A stretch of 63,245 bases of DNA, filler included, from Pseudomonadota bacterium (GTDB lineage: Bacteria; Bdellovibrionota_F; JAHFAK01; JBDREC01): NCBI GenBank assembly GCA_043820105.1. It is 4 parts of 4 records of this genome, joined end to end, with 100 filler letters (N's around TTAATTAATTAA, not from the genome) between each part and the next. Parts side by side here need not be neighbours in the genome. Positions count along the whole stretch, not along the records: positions 1 to 29,429 come from JBDREC010000092.1; 3 more parts are not named here. One strand, given 5' to 3'. Position 1 is the first letter of the stretch. Each line of letters opens with the position of its first letter. This document shows positions 10,508 to 19,230 of the stretch, piece by piece. The translations under genes and the position numbers were made by a program. Under the pieces are notes generated by a model that had not been told where the DNA came from, made no database searches, and saw only the letters and a list, made by a program, of their open reading frames with translations.

Positions 10508-11503
10508 ATGCAAATGTTTGAAAATATACTTAAAGCAAAAGAAAGACTAAATGGTATTGTAAACAAAACTCCAGTAATGACTTCTAAAACACTGAATGAA
10601 AAATATAAAAGCCAATTTTATTTTAAATGTGAAAATTTCCAAAAGGTAGGAGCTTTCAAATTTCGCGGTGCTTATAATGCTATTGTTCAGCTCAGTGATG
10701 AAGAAAAAGCAAGGGGAGTTTTAACTTATTCTTCTGGCAACCATGCTCAAGCTGTTGCATTAGTTTGTAAAATGTTAGGCATAAAAGCTACAATTGTAAT
10801 GCCACATAATGCTCCCATTACTAAACTTGAAGCAACCCGAGATTATGGAGCTCAAATTATTAAATTTGATCCAGATGAAACTAGCAGGGAAAATTTAGCT
10901 AAAGATATTCAAAAAGAACATTCATACACTATCATTCCCCCATTTGATCATATCAATATTGTTGCAGGGCAGGGAACAGCTGCTCTTGAGCTTTTTGAGG
11001 AATATAAGGATATAGATATGCTTATAATTCCCTGTGGGGGTGGTGGCTTAATAAGTGGCTCAGCTATCACAGCAAAAGCAATGAACCCAAATTGCATAGT
11101 TATAGGCATTGAACCAGAATGCGCTGATGATGCATGCAGGTCCTTTCACACTAAAACCTTACACACTGTTAAAAATCCACCAACAATAGCAGATGGCGCA
11201 AGAACTCCTTCTTTAGGTAAAGTCACTTTCCCTTTAGTATTAGAATATGTTGATGATATACAAACCGTAACAGAAGAATCCATCAAAGAAGCAGTGCGAT
11301 TTTTCTTTTATCGCATGAAACTAGTTATAGAACCTTCAGGAGCTTTAGGTTTAGCCGCTATATTAGAAGGTAAGGTTAAAGCAAAAGGCAAAATCGGAAT
11401 TATCTTAAGTGGTGGAAATGTAGATGCAAAGACTATGGGTTTGATTTTGCATGGGAACAAGAGCACAAGAGCGCAAGGGATCAAGAGCACAAGGGAACAC
11501 TGA
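10508..11503 (+). CDS. PLP-dependent serine/threonine dehydratase family (hydroxyaspartate ammonia-lyase-like)
   Basis: KCENFQKVGAFKFRGA, SSGNHAQA, GGGGLISG, LSGGN. Confidence 0.9.
   Translation: MQMFENILKAKERLNGIVNKTPVMTSKTLNEKYKSQFYFKCENFQKVGAFKFRGAYNAIVQLSDEEKARGVLTYSSGNHAQAVALVCKMLGIKATIVMPHNAPITKLEATRDYGAQIIKFDPDETSRENLAKDIQKEHSYTIIPPFDHINIVAGQGTAALELFEEYKDIDMLIIPCGGGGLISGSAITAKAMNPNCIVIGIEPECADDACRSFHTKTLHTVKNPPTIADGARTPSLGKVTFPLVLEYVDDIQTVTEESIKEAVRFFFYRMKLVIEPSGALGLAAILEGKVKAKGKIGIILSGGNVDAKTMGLILHGNKSTRAQGIKSTREH
11453..11500 (+). repeat. 8-bp tandem repeat, 6 units, inside the dehydratase 3' end
   Basis: gggaacaa gagcacaa gagcgcaa gggatcaa gagcacaa gggaacac. Confidence 0.85.
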
Positions 11504-11618
11504 ATACCAAATACCAATTGTAAAGCAGCGTTGCATTTTCATCGTCTTTTAACATAAAAAACAAAAAAACAAATTTCTAAACCATTGAAATTAAAGCAAA
11601 ATAAAAACAAACCCTTTT

Positions 11619-11634
11619 TGGCACACTTCTTCCA
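11619..11634 (+). promoter_or_regulatory. sigma54-like promoter
   Basis: TGGCAC-N5-TTCCA (one mismatch at -12). Confidence 0.45.
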
Positions 11635-11698
11635 ATATTATCTTTACAACAATAAAATTTGTATTATGTTTTTTTATTATAAGGTAGGAGGTTCCACA

Positions 11699-12742
11699 AT
11701 GAAAAGTAAAATATCAACAATTACTTTCCTGTTTGTCTTTATCGCTTTTACAGCCCAATCAATTTTCGCATCAGTTTGCGGAAAAGAAGATTTTGGCAAA
11801 GGAAATGAATTTAGTGTAAGAAAAGCAGCTAAATTTATGAAAAATGATCCAAGTAGCTTAAATGTAGACGACCTTAAATGTTTTTATAGAGGTCTTATTG
11901 GGATACAATCATATATTCAAGAGCAAAGAGTTAAAGATTTGTCACCTGAAGAACTAGCTGAACTTGATGAATTTGAAAGAACATTTAATTTAGTAAATAG
12001 AGCTTCGAAATCAGTAATGGAAGAACATTGTTCAGCAGTCTCATGTTTAGATAATCTTGAAGAAACACAATGCGCTGATTGGTCAGGATATTTAGCATTT
12101 GAAGATAACAGAAGTCTTGCAGATAAAAGAGAAGAAAAAAGAGATGCAAGATTAGCTGCAGCAAGATTTGCTGATAAACATACAAGAGAGTCTTATGATA
12201 GAGAAGTTGAAGAAAGACTTGCTGCAAATCAAGCAGTAGTTAATCAAACACAAATGGATCTAATGGCAGCAATGGATGAAGATAGAGCTGCAAGACAATC
12301 AGGTGATCCTGCTAGAATGGCTTCAGCAATGATGAATCTTTCTAGAGCACAAAATAGATATGACCTTGCTAAAGCTGGCAAACTAGGAGCTGATGACCAA
12401 GCTGTAGCATCAGCATCAGGAATTTTAGGCGCTGATTTTTCATCTGAAGTTTTCACTAGACAATCTTCAGCACTTGCTGCCTGGAATGCACAACATGGTA
12501 AACAAGCTCCAGTAGTTGCTCAGCCTACTATCATAGAAGGAAGACCAGATGCTGATATCGGCGATTTGCCTTTAGCAACTGGTGGAACAGTTACAATTAC
12601 TGATGCTCCTCAAATAGTGATTGAAGGCCGTGAAACTGAAGAAGAAAGATTTGCAAGACTTAATATTTGGGACAATATTGAAGAAGAATACAATACGGAT
12701 TCACAAGATCAAGGACAAGAAGTAGCTACAGAAAGTAACTAA
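11699..12742 (+). CDS. Hypothetical secreted protein with coiled-coil
   Basis: GGAGG RBS before ATG 11699; signal peptide MKSKIS...SIFA. Confidence 0.7.
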   Translation: MKSKISTITFLFVFIAFTAQSIFASVCGKEDFGKGNEFSVRKAAKFMKNDPSSLNVDDLKCFYRGLIGIQSYIQEQRVKDLSPEELAELDEFERTFNLVNRASKSVMEEHCSAVSCLDNLEETQCADWSGYLAFEDNRSLADKREEKRDARLAAARFADKHTRESYDREVEERLAANQAVVNQTQMDLMAAMDEDRAARQSGDPARMASAMMNLSRAQNRYDLAKAGKLGADDQAVASASGILGADFSSEVFTRQSSALAAWNAQHGKQAPVVAQPTIIEGRPDADIGDLPLATGGTVTITDAPQIVIEGRETEEERFARLNIWDNIEEEYNTDSQDQGQEVATESN

Positions 12743-12745
12743 TCT

Positions 12746-14251
12746 TTATAAGTTCGCATACCTTTCCATAAAACGATAACAATACATCAATTCAATATCA
12801 TCATTTACAAAAACAGCATTTTCAATTTTAATATCTTCATTTATAATTTCATTTAATTCATGTATGATGCTTTTTAAGTCAAAGGACTGGTCAGCAGTAT
12901 CATGATCACTACTATAATCAATTGTTATTGAATCTTGGGCATCTAGATTTAAAGATATATCAGCAATTATACCAACATTCTGCGGAGAATGTCCTGATGG
13001 TAAATAGTAAAAACCTTTTGTAATGAGCAGCATTCCCCAATAGTTAAGATAATTATTTTTCTTTGAAATCATGATTCCATTTTGGAAGCTGCCTTTTCCA
13101 AAGGTTGTTTTATTTTCAACACTTTTTCCAGCAATCAAAGCAAGATCATAATCTTTTAAAATTCCGCTAAAAATTTCAGCTGAACTCGCTGTGTTTTGAT
13201 TAACTAGCACTATAATTTTCTTATCCTCAAAAATATCCCAATATTCAATTTCTTTGTAAACCTTAATGTTATCAAATGCACTTGCCAAACTAATATCACT
13301 ATATATTTTTGTTAGTAAAAGGGCATCATTTTCCTTGATAAAAAGGCTAGCCACTTTTAAAGCTTCTTCAATATATCCACCAGGATTATTTCTTAAGTCT
13401 ATAATCAGACCTTCATGTTTTCTAAGCGCTTCTTCATGGGTGGAAACCTTGCTAACAAAGCTATCAAATAGACCATCTGAAAAAGCCTTAATTTTAATGT
13501 AAGAAGTATTATATTTTTCAAAGAATTCAATGTCTATAAAACCTGATTTTGATATTACTTCCTGAAATTCTTTTCCATTTCTTCTAATTTTAAATTTTAT
13601 GGTATCTTCATTATCTATCATGTCATTAAAACTTGTTAAGGTTAGTTGATTGCTTTTTAGTTCATTGATACTTAATATTATGTCACCTTTTAAGATTTTG
13701 CCATGAAATGGGCTGATTACGCTAATATAAGTAATCTCAAATCCATCGTCTACCATTTTTATTGCAAAGCCTTTTGAGGACGAAAACTCAGCTTTTGTGC
13801 ATTCTGAAAAAAACATGGAATGTGAATCCAGGTTTTTTAAGTAAAGATTTAACACCTCGATAATAAAGTCATTATACTTTTGATCATTATAAACATCATC
13901 ATAAAGCTTAAAAAAATTTTCAATGGCATAAGGAAAATCAATTATTCCATCATTAATTAGTTGTTTTTGATAAATTAAATTACAAATCTCATTATTGGGA
14001 TCATATTTTTCAAAAAGACTAAGTAATGAGTTTTCATAGGCTTTTGCAATTTTATTTTCATTTATTTCAAAGTGATTTTTATTAACAGTATCAAGTGCAA
14101 ATGACAAAAACTCAATTCCGTACTCATATAGTTGAGATTTCAACAAATTTCTTTCAAAAGCTGGGGTTTTATCTACAATTGAGAAAATATTTGTTGAAAT
14201 AAGCGCTAAAAGAATTATTAGAATAAGAAAATGTCTTTGCAATGTTTCCAA
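12746..14251 (-). CDS. S41 family C-terminal processing peptidase with PDZ domain
   Basis: IIDLRNNPGG, TASSAEIFSG, TFGKGSFQ, YYLPSG. Confidence 0.85.
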   Translation of the reverse strand: METLQRHFLILIILLALISTNIFSIVDKTPAFERNLLKSQLYEYGIEFLSFALDTVNKNHFEINENKIAKAYENSLLSLFEKYDPNNEICNLIYQKQLINDGIIDFPYAIENFFKLYDDVYNDQKYNDFIIEVLNLYLKNLDSHSMFFSECTKAEFSSSKGFAIKMVDDGFEITYISVISPFHGKILKGDIILSINELKSNQLTLTSFNDMIDNEDTIKFKIRRNGKEFQEVISKSGFIDIEFFEKYNTSYIKIKAFSDGLFDSFVSKVSTHEEALRKHEGLIIDLRNNPGGYIEEALKVASLFIKENDALLLTKIYSDISLASAFDNIKVYKEIEYWDIFEDKKIIVLVNQNTASSAEIFSGILKDYDLALIAGKSVENKTTFGKGSFQNGIMISKKNNYLNYWGMLLITKGFYYLPSGHSPQNVGIIADISLNLDAQDSITIDYSSDHDTADQSFDLKSIIHELNEIINEDIKIENAVFVNDDIELMYCYRFMERYANL

Positions 14252-14298
14252 TATAAAATATCCTCTTTTTATTTTAACCTGGAGATCATACGAATCTC

Positions 14299-14314
14299 TG
14301 CAATAATGATGCCA
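14299..14314 (-). promoter_or_regulatory. sigma54 promoter
   Basis: TGGCAT-N5-TTGCA on minus strand upstream of the S41 peptidase. Confidence 0.65.
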
Positions 14315-14725
14315 TGCGTTAGTTATGCAATTATTGAATGATTCTTATTCCTTAATTGATTTCATATTATGCTTTTTATGTTAAATGATAGAATTTTAGA
14401 TTAACTCTATTATTCTTGGGTCAATTGTGCCCTGGTTTTAATATAAACTCTAACCTAATTTATCAAGCTTCAATGTATCAAAGCAATAAGATAATCATGT
14501 AATCTAATAACTATATTTTAGTTCAAAAATATTTAGGAGCTATTGTTTAGAATAATGTCTGAGGGGATAAATTAGTCTATATTTGATATTAGAGCCTCTG
14601 GGTGATATTGATGTCATTTTGGCTACAGTAAAATGAAATTTTATATCTTTTGAATTTTATGTTATATTCTTTAAATCTTAATTATAACCAATAGTTAAAC
14701 AATCATTATTAGCATTTTCTGCTTT

Positions 14726-14741
14726 TGGCACATATTTTGAT
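14726..14741 (+). promoter_or_regulatory. sigma54-like promoter
   Basis: TGGCAC-N5-TTGAT upstream of 14850. Confidence 0.4.
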
Positions 14742-14849
14742 AGTTAATCTTAAAGCAATCACATCATGTTTATCAAAAAAAACCAAATTTTACTATGGGT
14801 TCAATAGCATATTATTTTAGTCTTTTTTAATTCTTGTAGGAGACTTGCT

Positions 14850-15512
14850 ATGAATTCGTTAATTAAATTTGTTGCTTACGCGGTTTGTTCATTTTTTACA
14901 TTAAGTTCTTTCTTGTTTTCATTTGAAATAGACTTCCTCAAACAGCCTGATACCTTTATTTTTGATAATAGTTATGACTTGCTTGAGGCTTTTAATGGAA
15001 TTGCTAGTTCTGATTATTTAAATGAAACTTATGAGGATGATGAAGGCCTTTTGAGAAATGACTATCGTTTCATGGTCATTTGTTCATCCTTTAGAGTATT
15101 TGATTTTGATATTAATAGCATTGAAGACGCTTTAGATATTGATTCTGAATATTTTCTTTGGTTTTTGGGAAAAAATGTTTCCAAAGAGGATGAGTATTTT
15201 CATGAAGAAATCAAGGTGGCTTTTGTTAACTTGGCTGATGTTAGTTTTTTAGCCAGATCTCAAATTGTGGAAGCTGCAGATGGCTTTGTTGCCAGTATTG
15301 ATCTATATGATTTTTCACATATTTTCAAACAAGTAATGACTAATATTTACATTACAAAAAAAAGAGCTGCATATCAAGTAGAAATCTTTCAACTAGCTTT
15401 AATTAAAGGATCTTCTGTTGATAAGCTTGAAAAACTGCATCTAACTAAGCTTTTTTACACATCTGTTGAAAATAAGTTCAATCATATGCTCGATGTCTTG
15501 GAGGATATGTAA
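14850..15512 (+). CDS. Hypothetical secreted protein
   Basis: GGAGA RBS, hydrophobic N-terminus. Confidence 0.65.
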   Translation: MNSLIKFVAYAVCSFFTLSSFLFSFEIDFLKQPDTFIFDNSYDLLEAFNGIASSDYLNETYEDDEGLLRNDYRFMVICSSFRVFDFDINSIEDALDIDSEYFLWFLGKNVSKEDEYFHEEIKVAFVNLADVSFLARSQIVEAADGFVASIDLYDFSHIFKQVMTNIYITKKRAAYQVEIFQLALIKGSSVDKLEKLHLTKLFYTSVENKFNHMLDVLEDM

Positions 15513-15513
15513 G

Positions 15514-16698
15514 ATGAGGAATATTGTATTTTTCTTAATTATTATTATTAGCCTTAAAGTATTTTCCTTTGAAATAATAAAAGACTGTGAATTGAATCCT
15601 TATATAGGATATTTATATCAGCAAAAAAGGCCTAGTAAAAATGATTTGGCAGGTGATTATGCCCTTTTTGGTCTTGGTGAGCTTAGAGTGAAAATATTAA
15701 AAGATTTTATAGGCATAGAAAAATTTGCAGAACGTCACATAAGTCATGAGGCTAATATTGAATGGCTAAAGTCTAACTGTGATTTGGAAGACGAAGGTTT
15801 TCTAAAAAGAACAGAATTAAGGCATGAATCCACCTCCGTACTGCATGCTTTTGAGGATCCAGGTGAAGTTTTTGACAAGCTATGTGTTGAAAATAACATG
15901 GAAATTAGGGGCAAGAAGGCTCCTTTTAAAACAAGAAATTTTTTAAATATGTTCAAGCAAGTAATTTATGAAGAATCTATTAATGGTATAATACCTTATA
16001 TTAGTTCTCCACACCTTTGGTCCACGGAAATTGATACGACCTTTAGGAATTATAATAGATATCGAAAAATTTCAAAACTTTTATGGGTGCTTGCAAATGG
16101 TGTAAGTTCCAGGTTTATGATAACTGGAAAAGAAGAAGAATTACTTGATTATATTTTAGCATCTGAAGATGAGGCAATACTGCCTGCTGATCTTTTTCGA
16201 GTTTCATATGTTTTGAATAATGGAGATTTATATTTTACCTTTTTGAGTATTGAGAATGTGCTTTCAAGACAATGGTTAAATGAAGACAGGCAAAATTTAC
16301 TTTTTATTTCTAAGCTTTCATCCATAGTAAATTATTGTGGAGATAAACTTGGAGAGTTTTATGAAGATCGATTTGGAAGCTGGTATCATCTTTTTGGTAT
16401 AATGCTCTATGGTTTAATGTCTGGAGCACAAAAGGGTTTAGCAGTGGGAACTATTGAAGGTTTGGGAGGCAGGCTTTTTGAAGTTAAGAATGATATCAGG
16501 CCTGTGGATAAGTTTAAAACAATTGTATTTGGTCAAGATAAGCAAGAAGAAAAGTTGAATCGCAGAGGAGGAATAGTTGGTGGAAAATTAAGGTTATATA
16601 TTCTAAAAGAAAGATATAAAAATTTTCAGGCAGACTCAGCTTACTTGGATCCGGCTTATTACATGAACCTAAATGAAGATTTTTCAAAGGAGTTTTAA
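15514..16698 (+). CDS. Hypothetical secreted protein
   Basis: ATG 15514 just after upstream stop; signal MRNIVFFLIIIISLKVFS; SWYHLFG motif. Confidence 0.65.
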   Translation: MRNIVFFLIIIISLKVFSFEIIKDCELNPYIGYLYQQKRPSKNDLAGDYALFGLGELRVKILKDFIGIEKFAERHISHEANIEWLKSNCDLEDEGFLKRTELRHESTSVLHAFEDPGEVFDKLCVENNMEIRGKKAPFKTRNFLNMFKQVIYEESINGIIPYISSPHLWSTEIDTTFRNYNRYRKISKLLWVLANGVSSRFMITGKEEELLDYILASEDEAILPADLFRVSYVLNNGDLYFTFLSIENVLSRQWLNEDRQNLLFISKLSSIVNYCGDKLGEFYEDRFGSWYHLFGIMLYGLMSGAQKGLAVGTIEGLGGRLFEVKNDIRPVDKFKTIVFGQDKQEEKLNRRGGIVGGKLRLYILKERYKNFQADSAYLDPAYYMNLNEDFSKEF

Positions 16699-16743
16699 CA
16701 TAATTAGCTTGTAAGTTAATTATTTTTAATATCTAGTCTCGCC

Positions 16744-18273
16744 ATGAAAAATAACATAATAAACATTCAAATTCCAATTAAAGATCAAGGCTATATTGAT
16801 GTAGATAAATACCTCGAGAAGCACCTTTGCTCAAGTGAATTTCTGATATTACGAAAATCAATTGATGCCAGAAGAAAGAATCAAATTAAAATTGTGCTAT
16901 CAGTATCAGTAATGCAGCACGGAGGTGAGGATCTTGAGAAATTTGAAATAAAGTACAAAAAGAAAAAAAACATTAAAATTCCAATAATTGGCTCAGGTCC
17001 CGCTGGTTTGTTTGCAGCTTTGGGCTTGATTGAAAATGGTTATACTCCCATAATTTTTGAAAGAGGAAGTGATCTTGAAACTCGAGTAAAAGATGTGTTT
17101 TCCTTTTGGGATGGAGGTTTATTAAAAGAAGCTTCAAATATTCAATTCGGAGCAGGGGGTGCTGGAACCTTTTCTGATGGCAAATTAACCTCAAGGTCAA
17201 AAGATAAAGAATTAAAGCAAAAAGTTTTAGCTTACTTTGTGAAATTTGGAGCACTAGAAAAAATTTTATATGAAAATAAGCCACACATTGGATCCGATAA
17301 ACTCAGACAGATAGTTGCCAATATTATCAAATATATAGGTGAATATGGAGGTGAGGTTCATTTTTTATCAAAAATGACAGGGCTTTGTTTAGAAGCAAAT
17401 CATGATAAATTTAAATTAAAAGGCTTTAAGCTTGAAAATGGCAGTACCTTTGATTGTGAAAAACTTATTTTAGCACTGGGCCACTCAGCGAGGGATACCT
17501 TTTTTGCACTTGAAGATGAATCTGTGGCTCTAGAGGCAAAAGATTTTGCAATTGGTTTAAGAGTTGAACATGAACAGGAATTAATAAATAAAAATCAATA
17601 TGGTGACTTTTATAAGCATCCAAATTTACCTCCAGCTGAATATTTTATGACTTTTAAAAAGGGCAATCATTCAGTTTATACTTTTTGTATGTCCCCTGGC
17701 GGAAAAGTTATTAACGCAAGTTCTGAAGCCAATCATCTTGTTACAAATGGCATGAGCTTCCAAAAAAGAAATTCTGCTTTTGCCAATTCTGCAGTTTTAA
17801 TTAATATTCCCAAAGATTTGTTTTTCAAAAATAAAGCAACAGATGGAATTTTATTTCAAAGGCAGATTGAAAAAATGGCTTTTGAATTAGGTGATAATTG
17901 CTATATGGCGCCTGCTCAATATGTGCAAGATTTTCTAAATAATCATCCAACAAAATCCATAAAACCTGCTTATACATTTAAGCCTGATTTAGTGCCAGGC
18001 ACAGTCAAGCCATTGATTCCAAAGGAATTAGTTTCTATATTTAAAAAAGGTTTGATTAGTTTTGATAAAAAATTAAATGGATTTTCAAAGCAGAATGCGC
18101 TCTTAATTGGTCCTGAAACTAGAACTTCCTCTACTATTAGAGTTCTAAGAAATAAAGAAAACTTAGAATCTATAAATGTGTCTGGACTTTTTCCAATCGG
18201 AGAAGGAGCAGGATATGCTGGTGGAATTATTAGTTCAGCCATTGACGGTTTAAAAACAGGATTTCTCCTATAA
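16744..18273 (+). CDS. Uncharacterised FAD-dependent oxidoreductase
   Basis: IGSGPAGLFAA, GGAGTFSDGKL, ETRTSS, GEGAGYAGGIISSAIDG. Confidence 0.9.
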   Translation: MKNNIINIQIPIKDQGYIDVDKYLEKHLCSSEFLILRKSIDARRKNQIKIVLSVSVMQHGGEDLEKFEIKYKKKKNIKIPIIGSGPAGLFAALGLIENGYTPIIFERGSDLETRVKDVFSFWDGGLLKEASNIQFGAGGAGTFSDGKLTSRSKDKELKQKVLAYFVKFGALEKILYENKPHIGSDKLRQIVANIIKYIGEYGGEVHFLSKMTGLCLEANHDKFKLKGFKLENGSTFDCEKLILALGHSARDTFFALEDESVALEAKDFAIGLRVEHEQELINKNQYGDFYKHPNLPPAEYFMTFKKGNHSVYTFCMSPGGKVINASSEANHLVTNGMSFQKRNSAFANSAVLINIPKDLFFKNKATDGILFQRQIEKMAFELGDNCYMAPAQYVQDFLNNHPTKSIKPAYTFKPDLVPGTVKPLIPKELVSIFKKGLISFDKKLNGFSKQNALLIGPETRTSSTIRVLRNKENLESINVSGLFPIGEGAGYAGGIISSAIDGLKTGFLL

Positions 18274-18337
18274 CAAATGTCTTTTTTGAATTTCATGACG
18301 CTTTGCTATTGCTGACAAATACTGAGTTGAAGGCGAT

Positions 18338-18438
18338 TGACAAAAATTGTCACCCTGCGCGCACGAAAATCTCGTTTAAAAACATGGACTTAAAAAAAAG
18401 GTGACAAAAATTGTCGGCGAGCTTGACAAAAATTGTCA
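18338..18438 (+). promoter_or_regulatory. Three palindromic TGACAA-N3-TTGTCA sites, probable activator (PilR-type) binding sites
   Basis: Copies at 18338, 18402 and 18424 upstream of the pilin sigma54 promoter. Confidence 0.7.
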
Positions 18439-18531
18439 CTTTTTGTTTTAAACTAAGATTTTCAAAAAGGCCAATTTTAAAATGTTCAATTAAATTAAAT
18501 GCTTATAAAATATGATAATTTGCTTGAAATT

Positions 18532-18547
18532 TGGCATAGAACTTGCT
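18532..18547 (+). promoter_or_regulatory. sigma54 promoter of pilin
   Basis: TGGCAT-N5-TTGCT. Confidence 0.8.
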
Positions 18548-18643
18548 ATAGAAAGAACTGCTTTGGTCTTTTTGTTGAATTGGCAAGGTGCCTATTCAAT
18601 TGAAAAAGATTTAACATTAATTTTTATTTAAGGAGATCGGACT

Positions 18644-19141
18644 ATGAAGAAAAAAGGCTTTACATTAGTTGAACTAATGATCGTTGTTGCTATTATTGGT
18701 ATCTTAGCAGCAATCGCAATTCCATCTTTTATGGCTTATATTAAAAAGTCAAAAAAATCAGAAGTTAATTCAGTAATCAATGGTGTATTTGCAGCAGAAG
18801 CTGATTACAACATTGACAATGCAAAATTTCACGTTTGTGCTGTTAAACCTTTAGCAGCAACTGGAAATAACTACAATGGATACAAAGTTTCTGGATCTCA
18901 AGGAATTTTTGCTGCTGATGGACCTGGTTTCAAAATCATTGGTTATGTTCCTGATCAAGATCTTTTATCTGGTGTTGCAGTTACATCCTCAGCCATTACT
19001 ACAGATGGTATAGTTCATGTATATCAAGATTTAGATGATGATGATACCCTCGGACATTATGAACAAGTATTTAAAAGAGATAAACTTGGTAGCGCAGATG
19101 CTTACAAACAAGGAGCAATGACAACAACAACAGAAGATTAA
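18644..19141 (+). CDS. pilA: Type IVa major pilin
   Basis: [25 protein letters not shown] prepilin motif; AGGAGA RBS. Confidence 0.9.
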   Translation: MKKKGFTLVELMIVVAIIGILAAIAIPSFMAYIKKSKKSEVNSVINGVFAAEADYNIDNAKFHVCAVKPLAATGNNYNGYKVSGSQGIFAADGPGFKIIGYVPDQDLLSGVAVTSSAITTDGIVHVYQDLDDDDTLGHYEQVFKRDKLGSADAYKQGAMTTTTED

Positions 19142-19164
19142 ACATTTAAAAAACGTTCAAAAAT

Positions 19165-19205
19165 AAAAAAGGGATGCTGGCATTTATGCAAGTGTCCCTT
19201 TTTTT
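19165..19205. terminator. Bidirectional intrinsic terminator
   Basis: A6-GGGATGC...GTGTCCC-T7 between convergent genes. Confidence 0.75.
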
Positions 19206-19230
19206 ATGCCTAAAATTATCTTTATATATA

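Noticed and set aside
14330-14720. Long intergenic region as a hidden gene
   Set aside because: No sustained ORF or recognisable motif found; explained by divergent promoters or decayed DNA
18338-18438. Repeated palindromes as a mini-CRISPR
   Set aside because: Units only 15 bp with irregular spacing; enhancer position fits better
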